Origin: Eledone cirrhosa
Taxonomy: Eukaryota
DNA: 64,000 bases
Assembly (NCBI GenBank): GCA_964016885.1
Contig: OZ024758.1
Coordinates: forward strand, 32,922,001 to 32,986,000
Direction of reading: 5' to 3'
Part shown: positions 1 through 13,279 of the stretch, in pieces
Position numbering within the stretch: the stretch's first letter is position 1
Layout of the letters: the number at the start of each line of letters is the position of its first letter
The notes under the pieces: model-generated
Seen by the model: the letters and a program-made list of their open reading frames with translations, nothing else
The model's database searches: none
What the model was told of the DNA's origin: nothing
Position numbers and translations under genes: made by a program

Positions 1-205
1 GGGCTGTTCTCACCACCTCTGCCCATGATTTTTGTGTTCTACCTCTATCTACCTCTACCACGTCTTCCTTCAACTTGTATTTTTTGCAACTTCTTCACCC
101 ATCGCTCATCCTCCATGCGCATCACATGTCTATACCTTCGCAGTCTCCTCTCCTGCACGCTACAATTTATCCCTCTCAGACACAGTTTCTCTCTCAACAC
201 ATCCA
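1..205 (-). mobile_element. RTE-clade LINE 3' ORF fragment
   Basis: The minus strand translates to ...[37 protein letters not shown]...VEGRRGRGR, nearly the same as the C-terminus of the RTE copy at 23919-24269. Confidence 0.85.
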
Positions 206-224
206 TGTATATATGTATATATAC

Positions 225-262
<38 letters not shown>

Positions 263-306
263 GTATATATATATATATATATATATACATACATATACAT
301 ATATAT

Positions 307-660
307 GGAGGCACATGGCTTAGTGGTTAGAGCATTCGCCTTGCAATCGAAAGGTTGTGAGTTCAATTCTCAGATCGGGTGATGTGTTATTTCCTTGAAC
401 AAGTAACCTTTCGATTGCAAGCCCAATGCTCTAACCACTAAGCCATGTGCCTCCATCTATTTTTTTTTTTTCATTTACGTCCGCTTTTTCTGCTTGCAAG
501 GGTGGGACGGGAACTGATTCTAGCTTGATTTCTACAGCTGGATGTCCTTCCTAACCCCAACCTCATTTACAGTGAGTGCTGGGTCCTTTTTTGCCGTGGC
601 ACCTCCATGACCACTCAATTGCAAGGCCAATGTTCTAACCACTAAGCCATGTGCCTCCAT
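307..660. mobile_element. Cluster of tRNA-derived SINE (family A) pieces: + head (307-400), inverted head (405-457), internally deleted - copy (470-660)
   Basis: Head GGAGGCACATGGCTTAGTGGTTAGAGCATT...GTGAGTTCAATT has A/B-box-like motifs. It matches the full copies at 43951 and 58823. Confidence 0.8.
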
Positions 661-1957
661 ATATATATATTCAATGACTGATAAGTATTTCAAAAAGCTG
701 GTACAATGCCGTAGAAATATGCAAAAGTTAAAGGATGACAAAACAAAACAATGTTTTACCCAGAATATTTCAACATTGAAATGTAAGAAACAGTAATTTA
801 AAAACGTTTGAAAATATGTAAAATGCCTTTACTTTTGATCAAACATAAACATAGCAAAGTCTGCCTTACAAAGACAGACTACTTCCATTGTTTCTTTCAT
901 CACCATCATCATCATTTTTACAACCACTTTCCACATCGGTATGGGTTGGACAGGTTGTCACAGTTTGAGACCAGATGAATTGAAGTAACCAATCTTACAT
1001 GTTATTATGCTCCCTATATGGCCAGGTTTCTATAACTGGATGCCTTTTCCTAACACCAACCACCTTATAGAGTGAACTGGATGCATTTTCATGTCACACC
1101 AGCACTACTACTTTACAGAGTAGATTGGCTACATTTTATTCTAATTTAACCATTATTCTAATTTAACCAATAAATATTCAAATATCAAATGTAGTGTGAG
1201 TACAAACACAATGTACCCCAGGTATTCGCAGTCCCAGTTATTCATAGAATTTTCCTTAGAATCTACCGCATATCCGCGGAATTATAAATATCTTCCATGA
1301 TTTTTTTAATGGCTTTTTTCGTAGCAATATATATTTTTTTAACACTCAACTATTAATAACAATATACGGTATTTGCCAGCCTATATTTTATGTTATGTTT
1401 TGATGTTTATAGGCATTTTTATGGACCATGTCCAATATTCATGGTTTTTCACTCTTTCTGGGTGCTCTAGGAGTGTAACCCCCCCCCCCACACACACACA
1501 CACAAATACCAGGGGACAACTATATAGCAGAAATGAAAAAAGGATAAAATAAAACTAAACTAACTGAAATTGATCCATGCCATAACAAAGATATTGGTCG
1601 ATAAAAATAAGAAAGAAAAAACAATTTAGAAATAATTAGCACCATCTTATCTAGGAGAAATTTATAAATGTTCTTATGGTTTCTACCGCTGATGTTCTTT
1701 CTCTACAAGAGAACACCAAATACATTATATGTTTTTTACAAGAAACAATAGTTAGTAAATTTTCTTATACAGTTCCTCCCAGCATATTCTTCCAATGAAG
1801 AATTGTCAATATGTTTATATGTGATTAGAGAGATGAACATAAGAATCAAAAGAGACGAAAATAAGAACAGAGAGAGAGGGAGAGCGAGAGAAAGAGAGAT
1901 GGGGAAAGAGAGAGAGAAAGAGAGAGATGGGAAAAGAGAGAGAGAGAGAGAGATGGG

Positions 1958-1998
<41 letters not shown>

Positions 1999-3731
1999 GG
2001 AGAGGGAGAGATAGATTTGGCTTGAAGCATTCAATCAATAGCTGCCATGAATAGAAAAACAACAAAAAAACAAAAAGTTAAAGAATCTTTTACCATGACT
2101 CCGCCCACTTCTTTTTGAGGGAATATATTAAAAGAGAGAAATTTAAAATGGAATCAGTTACTTCATCATTTATTCTCAAACTAAAGAAGTAAAAAAAAAG
2201 GGGGAGGGGGACAAAACAACAAAAAAAAAAAAAGATTTTAAAATCCAATATAAATTGAATGTTCAGCTTATTTAGTATTAATCATGCCATTTCTAAATGA
2301 AACTAAACTGTTGCCTTTGTTTATACTTCATATTTTTAATCACACCAAGGCATAATTGCAAAAGTAAATAATAATGGTAAGTGAGAAATTCTATTTAATT
2401 TGAAAAGAAAGAAAATTGAATTTTCAGAAATTTAAGAATATTTTGCAATAACAGAAGCAGTAAAAAAAAAAAAAAAAGTAAATTTTAGGGTTTTTTTATG
2501 GTTTTTTTTGCAAGTACATTTAATATTCATGGTGTAATAATCACCATCATTGTCATTTTTCATACATATATTTTTCACACAGGCTTAGGATAGACACAGT
2601 GCTAAGTTGTAAACATTGACAGGCCAGATGATCATATCTTGATCATATGTTTCAGTTTGGTGTAGTTTGGCTGAATGCTCTTCCTAACAAAAAACACTTT
2701 ACAGGGTGTAATGGGTGCATTTTATAATGGTACCAACACTACCACTTTACAGTGTGGGTTAGGTGTATTTTTACCCAATTCAACCACTTTACAGAGTAGA
2801 CTGGGTGCATTTTGTTGAGTATGAATTTATATATTTTCATAAGGAAAATATACAAAAATAATTGGTAATAAATAGGAATTCCAGGGGAAGGAAAAGAGGA
2901 AAAAGGCCCCTTTAGGTCGTGACTGGTCATGACGTTGCCCCTCTGAGGCACAAGCCTGGACAAGGTGTTTTGTGGAAGACCAGCATTCATCCATGTATGC
3001 AAGTCTCTCCCCTCCCTGATGTTGTCCAAGCGAAAGGCAAAGGCTAATGATGCCACAACTAATTTATTCCAGCTGAGTGAGTGGACTGGAGCAACTTGAA
3101 ACAAAGAGACTTGCTTAGGGGCACATGTCATCTGTTCCATGAATCAAACTCACAATTTTGCAATCATGATTCCATGCACTTTCACAGTTGAATATCTTAA
3201 TCAAACTGGATGCTAAAATCAATTGGTGAAACCAGAACACTAAATATTATATGTATTACCTATTTAAATTCTCTAGTGCTGGTTATCTACACAATAAAAG
3301 TACCCAGTACTTGCTGTAAAGTGGTTGGTATCAGGAAGGGCATCCAGCCATACAAAGCTTGCCAAACAACAAATTCTCCTCTGCACTCGATAGAACATAT
3401 GAACATGCGTAAGCGGGATGCAGACCCTTTGGCCTGTCTTGGGGGTCAGCAGCCCTGCTTCAGTACTGACTTGGTCTATATAGACCTGTCCAATCCTTGC
3501 TAACAGGATCATCATCATCATTTAACAGATGTTAAATGATGATGATGATGATGTTGGAGAGGCTTCCAAAACGACCATTTTTCATATTCCACAATGCTTC
3601 AAGCAAACTTACACACTCTCATATTATAGGTTATAAATGAGTTATGATTGCTAAATGAGGTGTGATTCCTAAAGAACAAATTAATTAGTTTTGATAACAA
3701 ATGAGCTCCTCAAAATAAATGAACATTTTAT

Positions 3732-3957
3732 TTAACCCTTTAACATCAAACTGGCCGTATCCGGCCAGAAATATCTCACCTTTTTCTGTTCAAATCAGCT
3801 GTAACTGGCCACTTATACTGATGTTAAGGTATTGTTCTCAAGATAAATAACATCAAAATCTCAGATTCTATATTAGGTGAGATAATTATGTAAGATAAAG
3901 TGTGTACTACCAAAATACAATAGTATATATAGAATAATGTGAATGCTAAAGGGTTAA
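3732..3957 (+). mobile_element. piggyBac-type MITE (family 1, about 200-230 bp)
   Basis: TTAA|CCCTTTA...TAAAGGG|TTAA termini. The same internal sequence recurs at ~15202, 18096, 27535, 28069, 34081, 35200, 37516, 37817, 47255, 47689 and 63707. Confidence 0.8.
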
Positions 3958-4329
3958 TATATATATTTTTTTACTCAAGTGTTTTGTGACCAACTATTTT
4001 ACCACTTATGATATATTAAAGTGGCTATTAAGCTGAAGCAAGCTTTTCAAATGGTTACTCTTAGTATGAAGTAGAAGTCAACTATAAGTTGTTTGAGCCA
4101 GGCTAGTATAAGAAATTATGTTATTGCTGATAATAAGTGGAATATACAGTAGATACCTAAAAACTACATAAGCAGACAGTTGTTTGGTTAAGGACTTCGC
4201 TTCACAACCATGTCGGTTTTAGCTCATTCCATTTCATTGCACCACAATTTCTCCTATGGCATTGGGTTGATCAATGCCTTGTCAGTGAAATTTGGTAGAC
4301 AGAAAGTGTGTGGAAGCCCATCATACATA

Positions 4330-4810
4330 TGTATGCATGCATGCGTGCATGTGTGTATGTATGTATTGTGTATATATCTATATTTGTGTGTATGTATTGT
4401 GTATATATCTATATTTGTGTGTGTGTGTAATGTATGTATGTATATATATATATGTGTGTGTGTGTGTGTATGTATTGTGTATATATCTATATTTGTGTGT
4501 GTGTGTAATGTATGTATGTGTGTGCGTGTATGTATTGTGTATATATCTATATTTGTGTGTGTGTGTAATGTATGTGTGTGTGTGCGTGTATGTATTGTGT
4601 ATATATCTATATTTGTGTGTGTGTGTAATGTATGTATGTGTGTGCGTGTATGTATTGTGTATATATCTATATTTGTGTGTTTGTGTGTATAAATATGTGT
4701 GTATGATATATGTAGATATACTTTATGTATATACAAGTATATCTACATATACGTATATATACATACATTATACACACAAACACACAAATATAGATATATA
4801 CACAATACAT

Positions 4811-4843
<33 letters not shown>

Positions 4844-5095
4844 CAGATACACACATACATACATTACACACAGACACACAAATATATCTATATTTGTGTG
4901 TGTAATGTATGTATGTATGTGTGTATATATATGTGTGTGTGTGTATGTATTGTCTTTATATCTATAAAGACAATACATACATACACACATATATATATAT
5001 ACACATATACATACATACATTACACACACAAATATAGATATATATACAATACATACACACACACACACACAAATATAGATATATACACAATACAT

Positions 5096-5163
<68 letters not shown>
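4330..5163. repeat. Compound microsatellite / ~60-bp higher-order repeat (TA/CA/TG), partly inverted
   Basis: The unit GTATGTATTGTGTATATATCTATATTTGTGTGTGTGTGTAAT is repeated at 4340-4690. Its reverse complement occurs at 4760-5110 and 6690-6830. Confidence 0.85.
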
Positions 5164-5165
<2 letters not shown>

Positions 5166-6672
5166 GATATTAAATAAATGGAAACTATATTTATAAAACC
5201 ATATTTATTTCATTATATATATTTCAAGGATATCATATTAACAATATGCTATGCCTTCCTCAGACAAAATACAATATAAACAGTTTTATAGATAAATAGA
5301 TTTGACATACCGTACAACATCGACTTGTATTTGAAAAGTTGAATTGGCAGTGAAAAAATTGTACACAGAGAGAAAGAAAGAGAGAAAAAAAGAGAGAAAA
5401 AAGGAAAGAAAGACAGAAAACGAAGAAAAAGAAGAAAAAAGAAAAAGAAGAAATGCATGGAACAAAATAGAGAGATGGAAAGATAGATAAAGAGAAGAAC
5501 TTCATGTAAAGAAACAGAGAGAGATATATATATAGAGAGAGAGAGGAAATAGAGATAGATATATATATATATAGAAAACTAGGTAGTGGGACGTCCGTTG
5601 AGTAAACGTATCAATGATACATTTATTTATTTATTTATTTATTTAGCTCTAGTATTAATGTAAGGGAGATATATGTGGTTAGGAGAGAAACCAGCTGTTA
5701 TATAGAGAGAAAAATTAAAAATAACCAGACATAGGCGAGGCATATGTTTTAATGTAGAGGTATTAGTATGTATAAAAACCAGCCACTATATTGTAAATAT
5801 CAGTATTCCTGAATGAGACATGTATCCATAATGTGTGAAAAGTAATGATCTTATGTTTAGTTTTTTAAAAAAATTCATATGTTTATGTGATAACTACAAA
5901 CATCTATGTGAATTTACATGATCAACTCTGCAAACCCTAGGTTCACGGAAACCATTCTCATTGTGCTATAAAAATTTAAGTATACATATATGTGTATATA
6001 TATACACACATATATATATAGAGTCAATATTACTACTATTCCTGTCTTTACTCTACCAGATTATCTATCAAGCAGAAATAGAGAGCAGATTTCAATATAC
6101 TAATAAAAATATATATCAGAAACAAAACCAAAAAATAACAATAATAATAATAATAATAAATAAATAATAATAAAATAGAAAACTAAAAAATATTACGAAA
6201 GAATATTACATATTAAAAATATTACATATTAAAAATAAAAATATTAAAAAATATTAGAAAATACTACAATAATAAAAAAATAAAAATAAACCACAAAGAT
6301 CAACCCTTCAAAATTAATTGACAATATATTGCCAAGTTCATTATAAGCATCAGCATCTTTCTTTCTCTCTGTGTACAATTTTTTCACTGCCAATTCAACT
6401 TTTCAAATACAAGTCGATGTTGTACGGTATGTCAAATCTATTTATCTATAAAACTGTTTATATTGTATTTTGTCTGAGGAAGGCATAGCATATTGTTAAT
6501 ATGATATCCCTGAAATATATATAATGAAATAAATATGGTTTTATAAATATAGTTTCCATTTATTTAATATCGTATTTAATATCGTAAATATACTCCAAAT
6601 ACTTGTCGAGTGCTTTTATATCAGTTATAAATATTTACTAGTTGTAACCCAACAATTTAAATATAACTTTCC
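5161..6672 (+). mobile_element. Non-coding or degenerate Penelope-like fold-back element with inverted pseudo-LTR
   Basis: 5161-5377 is the near-perfect reverse complement of 6357-6575. Both ends abut (TA)n, and the repeated segment carries a hammerhead-like motif. The PLE assignment is inferred from this architecture. Confidence 0.55.
6460..6537 (+). ncRNA. Type-I hammerhead ribozyme candidate (mirror copy on - strand at ~5199-5276)
   Basis: CTGAGGA (6474-6480); stem II AGG..CATATT-GTT-AATATG..CCT; GAAA (6512-6515); minimal stem III T-ATAT-A; cleavage triplet ATA (6521-6523); stem I TATTTTGT/ATGAAATA. Confidence 0.55.
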
Positions 6673-6705
<33 letters not shown>

Positions 6706-6748
6706 TACATACATTACACACACAAATATAGATATATACACAATACAT

Positions 6749-6804
<56 letters not shown>

Positions 6805-8037
6805 ATACATACATTACACACACAAATATATATATACAAATAAAGTTTGTTTGAAGCATTGTTGAATATGAAAATGAAAAGTGTGTATGTTTAGGATACA
6901 ATGCAAATGGGTTAGAATGACCAAAGTAACAAGTCAGAAGGGAATGAGAGAGGTGAGGTAGAAAGCAACAAGTGGGAAAAGAATGACTGAAAGTTATCTT
7001 AGCAATTTATTAGTTCAAAACTTTCAAAGAAGGACCAGGATATCTCTGATTTTTCTGAAGCCCTCCACCCCTACAAACTGCCTTTTATAATAGATCAAGT
7101 AGAACATAAGTAATATCCCAATATCTCATAGTGTAACATAACTGATTCAGAGAGGAAGGGAAGGCTGGGGCTGGCACTTGTTTGCTATTTTATTTATCCA
7201 CTCCAGAACGATAAAAGTTAACTGTGTTGGAATTAGAAGTGCATGGTACACATGAATTTCCCAAATCACAAAAGGTGTTTTAATTACTCAACATCCAATA
7301 TCTTTTAAAAAAATCCTTAAACTATTCACATACATAGAATGCAAGAAATTTCTCATCATTATTAATTTATCCATTTTTTTTTTTTCCATTTCTTTCAAAC
7401 TCAATTATAGAGATATTTGCTATATAATTAAACATATAAATTTAATTTGTAGAATAAATTAATGATGAAGTCTAAAAATTATTTCTATTAGTAGATTGAT
7501 TCAAATTTATAGTAACAAAAAATAATATAACATTGATTGATTAAAATAACTATAACACAGTACTAGTACTTGTATAACGGTAGACTTTAAGTTTATCTGC
7601 TTTCAATTATGTCAGGTAAATTGAAATATTGGCACCTTACCCTTATAAGTTCATCCAGTCCAAAAACAAAATTAAATTAAAATAAATAGATCTAACAACA
7701 ACATACAAATGAAATCATCCCCTGTTGTTATGGAAACTCAGGTTGTGTAATTCGTACTTATGGAAATACAGGTAAATTTTATTAAATTAAAACTATACTT
7801 TGTTCTGAGCCAAAAGACCCCTTCTTTGCCTTTCAGATAAGTTGAAAGTTTAGTTGACAATTTGAAGAACTAAACTCATGATACGTGGTTGGTGTTAGGA
7901 AGGGCATCTGGTTATATAAACCAAGCCAAAATAAGATCCATATAAGCAAGACATGCTCTCTGGACTTGTCTCATAAGGTGACAACCCATCTAACCTATGA
8001 AAGTGTGGAAAATGGATGTTAAATGATGATTATATAT

Positions 8038-8462
8038 ATCATCATCATCATCATTTTACATCCGCTTTTCCCTGCTTGAAAGGGTGGGACAGCATCTCTC
8101 CACTTGACACGGTCCTTCTTCATTTCCACCGTGAGCTTCAGCGATCTGAGGTCTGCTCTCACCACCTCCGCCCATGTTTTTCATGGTCTACCTCTACCAC
8201 GTCTTCCTTCAACTGGCATTTCTTGGCACTTCTTCACCCATCACATGTCCATACCATCACAGTCTCCTCTCCCGCACACAATTTATCCCTCTCAACACAT
8301 CCATGCTCGGCCGTTCACACACATTGACATTGCACATCCAACAGATCATGCTTGCCTCATTTCTCTCCAGCCGTTGCATATCCTCTGCAGTTGCTGCCCA
8401 TGTCTCACTACCATGCAACATCGCGCACCTCACACAGGCATCATATAACGGGCCTTTCGTAT
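8038..8462 (-). mobile_element. RTE LINE 3' fragment with (ATG)n tail
   Basis: The minus-strand ORF LYDACVRCAMLHGSETWAATAEDMQRLERNEASM matches the RTE at 22786-24290, with small internal deletions. Confidence 0.85.
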
Positions 8463-8799
8463 AAATCAAAGGTTAAAACAAATAAACTTGTCAAAGAACA
8501 TTTTGAGGATACACAATATGGGATATACTTGTTATTTTACATTGAGCTATTCTCATACTTGAAATTGGATAATATTTAATATTACCCACATTTTATATAT
8601 ATATAATCTGGCCATTAATAGATCATATACATAAAACTGACTGGCCAGTCTGCTGATATGCAAATCTGCCTGATCAGTGGGTCAGCTAATATGCAGATCT
8701 GATTGATCGAGCAATCTGCTAATATGCAAATCAGGTCGATCAGTCACTGTATACTCTAGAAAATATCATATATTTTCACTAGCTCTAACAGTTGGCAGG

Positions 8800-8864
8800 T
8801 AAACAGTATATGGTACTGATGAAGGGTAATAACCCAGAAACATTAGTGTCTGCCATTCTGTTTA
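8800..8864 (+). ncRNA. Type-I hammerhead ribozyme candidate
   Basis: Stem I TAAACAG..ATGGTA/TGCCAT.CTGTTTA; core CTGATGA (8816-8822); stem II GGGT-AATA-ACCC; GAAA (8837-8840); stem III CA-TTAG-TG; cleavage triplet GTC (8848-8850). Confidence 0.7.
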
Positions 8865-8999
8865 TATGCAAACACAAGAGCAAGAATGATGAGGTCATTC
8901 TACTCACATGGCTTAAGAGGCTGTTTGCATAATTGCAAATGAATAAAATATTAATATTAGTATTTGAAAAACTCAGATTTAGATTTCTTATATATGCAC

Positions 9000-9400
9000 T
9001 AACTCAATGTTCTTGTTTTTCACTCCCACATTGCTCCTCCAATTTTTTAATTCACATGCTAATATTACACATCCAGCAAAGCAAGCATACCTTCTCAGTT
9101 GCCGCATAGCAGTTTGTACACAATCACATAATTTACCCTTAATTTGGATGAATAAGCCATTTGTTGCCAGCAGAGGTAAAAGCTCCCTGAACTTTTTCCA
9201 CTTTGATTTCTTACTGGTTATAACGTTTTCAGTACATTACTAATGAGCTCACCTAGATAGCCAAAGTTTTCTACTACTTCTAGTGAGCCTTCTCAACATT
9301 TCTACTCTTGTATGTCTATCACATATAAAATCTACCTTCTCTGTCAGCCTACACAAACTACTAACTTTAGTATTTGATTTTAATGAGCCACCTGTATCCC
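9000..9400 (-). mobile_element. Old, diverged RTE LINE fragment
   Basis: The minus strand encodes broken motifs (GSLEVVENFGYLGELIS, KKFRELLPLLATNGL) that match the RTE C-terminal region. Confidence 0.65.
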
Positions 9401-10861
9401 AGTTTTTAGAATAGGTACACCATATCCCTGGATGTTGTATAAGGGTGACAACAAGTATTGAAATCATGAAGGATATCTGGTCGTAAAACATTGTCCCAAA
9501 TAATCCTGTCCAACCCATGCAAGCATGGTAAACGATGATGATGGTGGTGGTGGTGATGATGATGATGGTGATGATGATGATGAGAATTTTTGTGGTGTGG
9601 TATTGCTGTTTCTATATATTATAATTAATATTTATTCCATTAAGGATATTGCAAGTCTGATATATATGTGCAAGGAAATCATATGATAATATATGCACCA
9701 TTGTATTTGCAAAGAAACTGACACTGTTTTCATTTTGAATAAATTCAGAAAAGTCTTGTGCATATTTGACTGTACAAATTGTGACTAAACAATTTGTAAA
9801 AGATATCATCACTGCCTTTATAATTACATCTTTTTATTTCTTTTCTCATGGCTCTCCCAGTGTTTAATGACTTGGTGTCTATTGGTCATTTCTGATACAA
9901 ACCAACAAAGAAAATCCATGGCCTTTATTGTTGTGCTTCTCATACTTTTTGACATGCTTTTTTTTAATGTTCAATTGCCCATCCTATCACCAACTACTTT
10001 ACAGCATGATCTGGTTGTATTTATTTTAATCTTACCATCATCACAAGAGAGGTTGACAGTGGTAACCCTAAAGAGTTCCCTTCTATACACTAGCAGGTTT
10101 TATATATAGTTACTGCTCTTCTAAATGGATTGCAGCTTGAGGTGCCATCATCCTTTCTGTTTATTCATATAAAAATGCTAAATTTATATTTCTATATCGC
10201 CATTGAACTCAATTAAAATTATTGGTTTTGAGAAAAATTTGACAAAGCAACATGGTAAATATTATTGCTACATGTAAATATGCTATTAATCTATTACATG
10301 TACTAGCTGACAGGCTGAGGCCATGCTGGGGCACTGCCATTGCTATGTATATAAGAAATAGAAATAAGTGTTAAAAAAATCATTGTGATTCATAATCTTT
10401 GTCTAATCTGATTTCTACACATAACTAAAGCTATACATACAAATGTGCTGTGTATATCATCATCATCATCTAACGTCTGTTTTCCATGCTTTCATGAGTT
10501 GGACAGGTTGTCAGAGACCAAGTCAGTACTTAATCAGAGATAATGTCTTCTCAAATGAATCAGAGATTACCTCTTGCTTATGCATGTTCCAGTTTTGACT
10601 TGGGTTTTACAGTTTGTTGCCCTCCCTATCGCCAACAACTTTACAGATTAATGTGGTTGGTCTGAGGAAGAGATTTCAGTTATAGAAACCATGCCAAATG
10701 TGGAATATAATGAGCAAGATTGATTTCTCTAATCTGTCTGGTCTTGGATTGTGATAACCCATCCAGCCCATGCCAGCATGGAAAGGAGACCTAAAACGAT
10801 GAGTTTTAGGTGTTTAATCAAAGATTCAAGTATACATGATATGTTGAACATTATTACACTA

Positions 10862-11050
10862 TGGATTGGCAGTATCGGTAGAGGGTCGGACGCCATGCTT
10901 TGACGCATAAAGTTACGGCCCTTGCCATTCTGAGTTCAAATCCCGCCGAGGTTAACTTTGCCTTTCATCCCTACGGGGTCGATAAAATAAAGTACCAGTA
11001 ATACACTGGGTAATTGCTGGCCTTGTGCCAAAAGTAGAAACAATTATTAC
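10862..11050 (+). mobile_element. SINE family B (tRNA-like head, Nin/Deu-like central domain)
   Basis: GGATTGGCAG...GAGTTCAAATCC...AACTTTGCCTTTCATCC.TACGGGGTCGATAAAATAAAGTACCAG, with an (ATT)n-type tail. More than 10 copies or fragments occur in the window (e.g. 19970-20160, 29760-29965, 40490-40690, 41170-41582, 45250-45652, 48520-48932, 52415-52589, 63280-63427). Confidence 0.75.
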
Positions 11051-12659
11051 ACTATATACACTAGCAGTAAATATAATTCCATTGTTAAATACAATGAAAT
11101 ATTTAATCATCATGCTATATCTTACTTGCATTATTCAGTTTCTGTTTCTATATATCCAATGCTACTGACTATTTTAAAATATGCCAGGCTAGTTAACTTT
11201 TAACATCCTCTAATAATTTAATAAAGTCTCTAAAGTTTAAAGTCTGTCTTGAACCTGAAGGCTTATCCCAGTTTCTGTGGCGTTAAGAGACAGAGTACAA
11301 GACTATCCTGAACAGGATGCTAGTCCATCACAGGGCTGTCATTTTTATCTGAGTATACCGGAGCAACGTAAAATTAAGTGTTTTGTTCAAGAACACATCA
11401 AAAAATAAAAATAATCAAAATGCAGATTTGTTAATTCAAATTTCTAGAGTATATTTACTAATGGGAAAATCATTATACAGATTTAAAGTAAAGACTTGAA
11501 TTTTTAGTGTGATGTAGTCATAGTCGTATTTTGTATTTTTCTTTAATATCTTGTTCATACGATTTCATGTGGTACAGGATGTTAAGAGGTAATCACAAGA
11601 AAAGTGTTTCTTCAGAAATTAATTTTTACTTAAAGTCCATTGTAGTTTTTAATTTGGAAATGGTTAAAACTTGTTAAATGATTTTACTGGTGTATTTATT
11701 TCTTTTTTTATTTATTCCTTTATTGGCGTTATTTTAATAATTGGCTGAAAAGTGGGTTGACTAAAAATGTCCTTGAGGTATGAAACAACAGATGGTTCTC
11801 TTCACCATACTATCTCAGCTCTAATGAACATAATTTCATTGAGATTTTTTTTTATGAATATTTGCTATAAATTCAAAGCATTTTAATTTTCTTGCAACAG
11901 ATGAAGTGGAAAAGCTATTCCTAGAGATTTTAGATTAAATTTTAAAAATATTGACTGCAAAAGATCTTAATAAACATTTCACACTGCCCTTAAATATAGC
12001 ATTTGAAGAATTTTTTCAATGTCAACAATTTATAACATTTACTTCCTCGGGTTACATACATAGGATTTTATCTTTTTATTTTCGATAAAACAATTTCATG
12101 TTCATAAAATATACCTACGTAAAATTTTTAAATCTATATCCAAATTACTATTGATTTTAAGATTATCTGGATATAGCTTTTAAATATTTTTTGTCTTTAC
12201 TATTCTTTGAATGTTTTTTTTTTACATGTAATTTTTTTTTAAATACAAACCATGTGACTTGTTTACTCTTTTAGTCAGAACACAGTATACAGAAATAAAT
12301 ACAGGCATGCCTTACATTAACGGAGGCATTGCATTCCTAAAAATCTTGCCATAATGCGAATTCCATAACATGAAACCAGTTTTCTTATTAACATTTATTA
12401 GTATTCTGATGGAATTATTTTCTTTAATGGAAAAATGATAAAACAACAATACAACCTCTTTTATGCATGAACATTATTTTGAGCCCCCATAGTATAACGG
12501 GTATACATGAAAACATTTGAAGAGAAATACATCAAGAAGTAAATAAAAATTGTAATAATTGTTTCTACTTTAGGCACACGGCCAGCAATTACCCAGTGCA
12601 TTACTGGTACGATTGTAATAATATGTCCTTATCAGAAATGATATTGACTGCTGTGAGAG

Positions 12660-13162
12660 AGGAGGGGGTGCAATGGAAGTGTATGGAGGAGGGGGTATAA
12701 TGGAAGTGTATGGAGGAGGGGGTGTAATGAAAATGTATGGGGGAGGTGGTGTAATGGAAGTGTATGGGGGAGGGGTATAATGGAAGTGAATGGAGGAGGG
12801 GGTGTAATGGAAGTGTATGGGGGAGGGGTGCAATGGAAGTGTATGGGGGAGGGGTGCAATGGAAGTGTATAGGGGGAAGGGGTATAATGGAAGTGTAGGA
12901 GGGGGTATAATGGAAGTGTATGGGGGAGGTGGTGTAATGGAAGTGTATGGGGGAGGGGTATAATGGAAGTGAATGGAGGAGGGGGTGTAATGGAAGTGTA
13001 TGGGGGAGGGGTGCAATGGAAGTGTATGGGGGAGGGGGTATAATGGAAGTGTAGGAGAGGAGGGGGTATAATGGAAGGGTATGGGGGGGGGTATAATGGA
13101 AGTGTATGGGAGGGGTCGGGGGTATACTGGTAGTGTATGGGGGAGGGGGGTATAATGGAAGT
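12660..13162. repeat. G-rich minisatellite, ~23-24 bp unit
   Basis: Roughly 20 imperfect copies of GGAGGGGGT(G/A)TAATGGAAGTGTATGG. Confidence 0.9.
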
Positions 13163-13279
13163 TATTGGAAGGAAGAGACACACTATCTTCTGCTCTTCAG
13201 TTTATTATCAACATCTGCTTGAGGAGTGAAGAACTTAACAGAAATTGTTTGGCATTTACTGCACACAATCTTTTTATAA

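Noticed and set aside
307-380. tRNA gene (also at 43951, 57899 and 58823)
   Set aside because: The tRNA-like head runs into a SINE body and lacks a pairing acceptor stem.
4210-5173. Long ORFs rich in YI/CV/HT (also at 25-382, 26118-26465 and 57442-58882)
   Set aside because: These are translations of dinucleotide microsatellites, open in several frames on both strands.
12570-13183. Proline-rich extensin-like ORFs
   Set aside because: Artefact of the G-rich minisatellite read on the minus strand; open in more than one frame.
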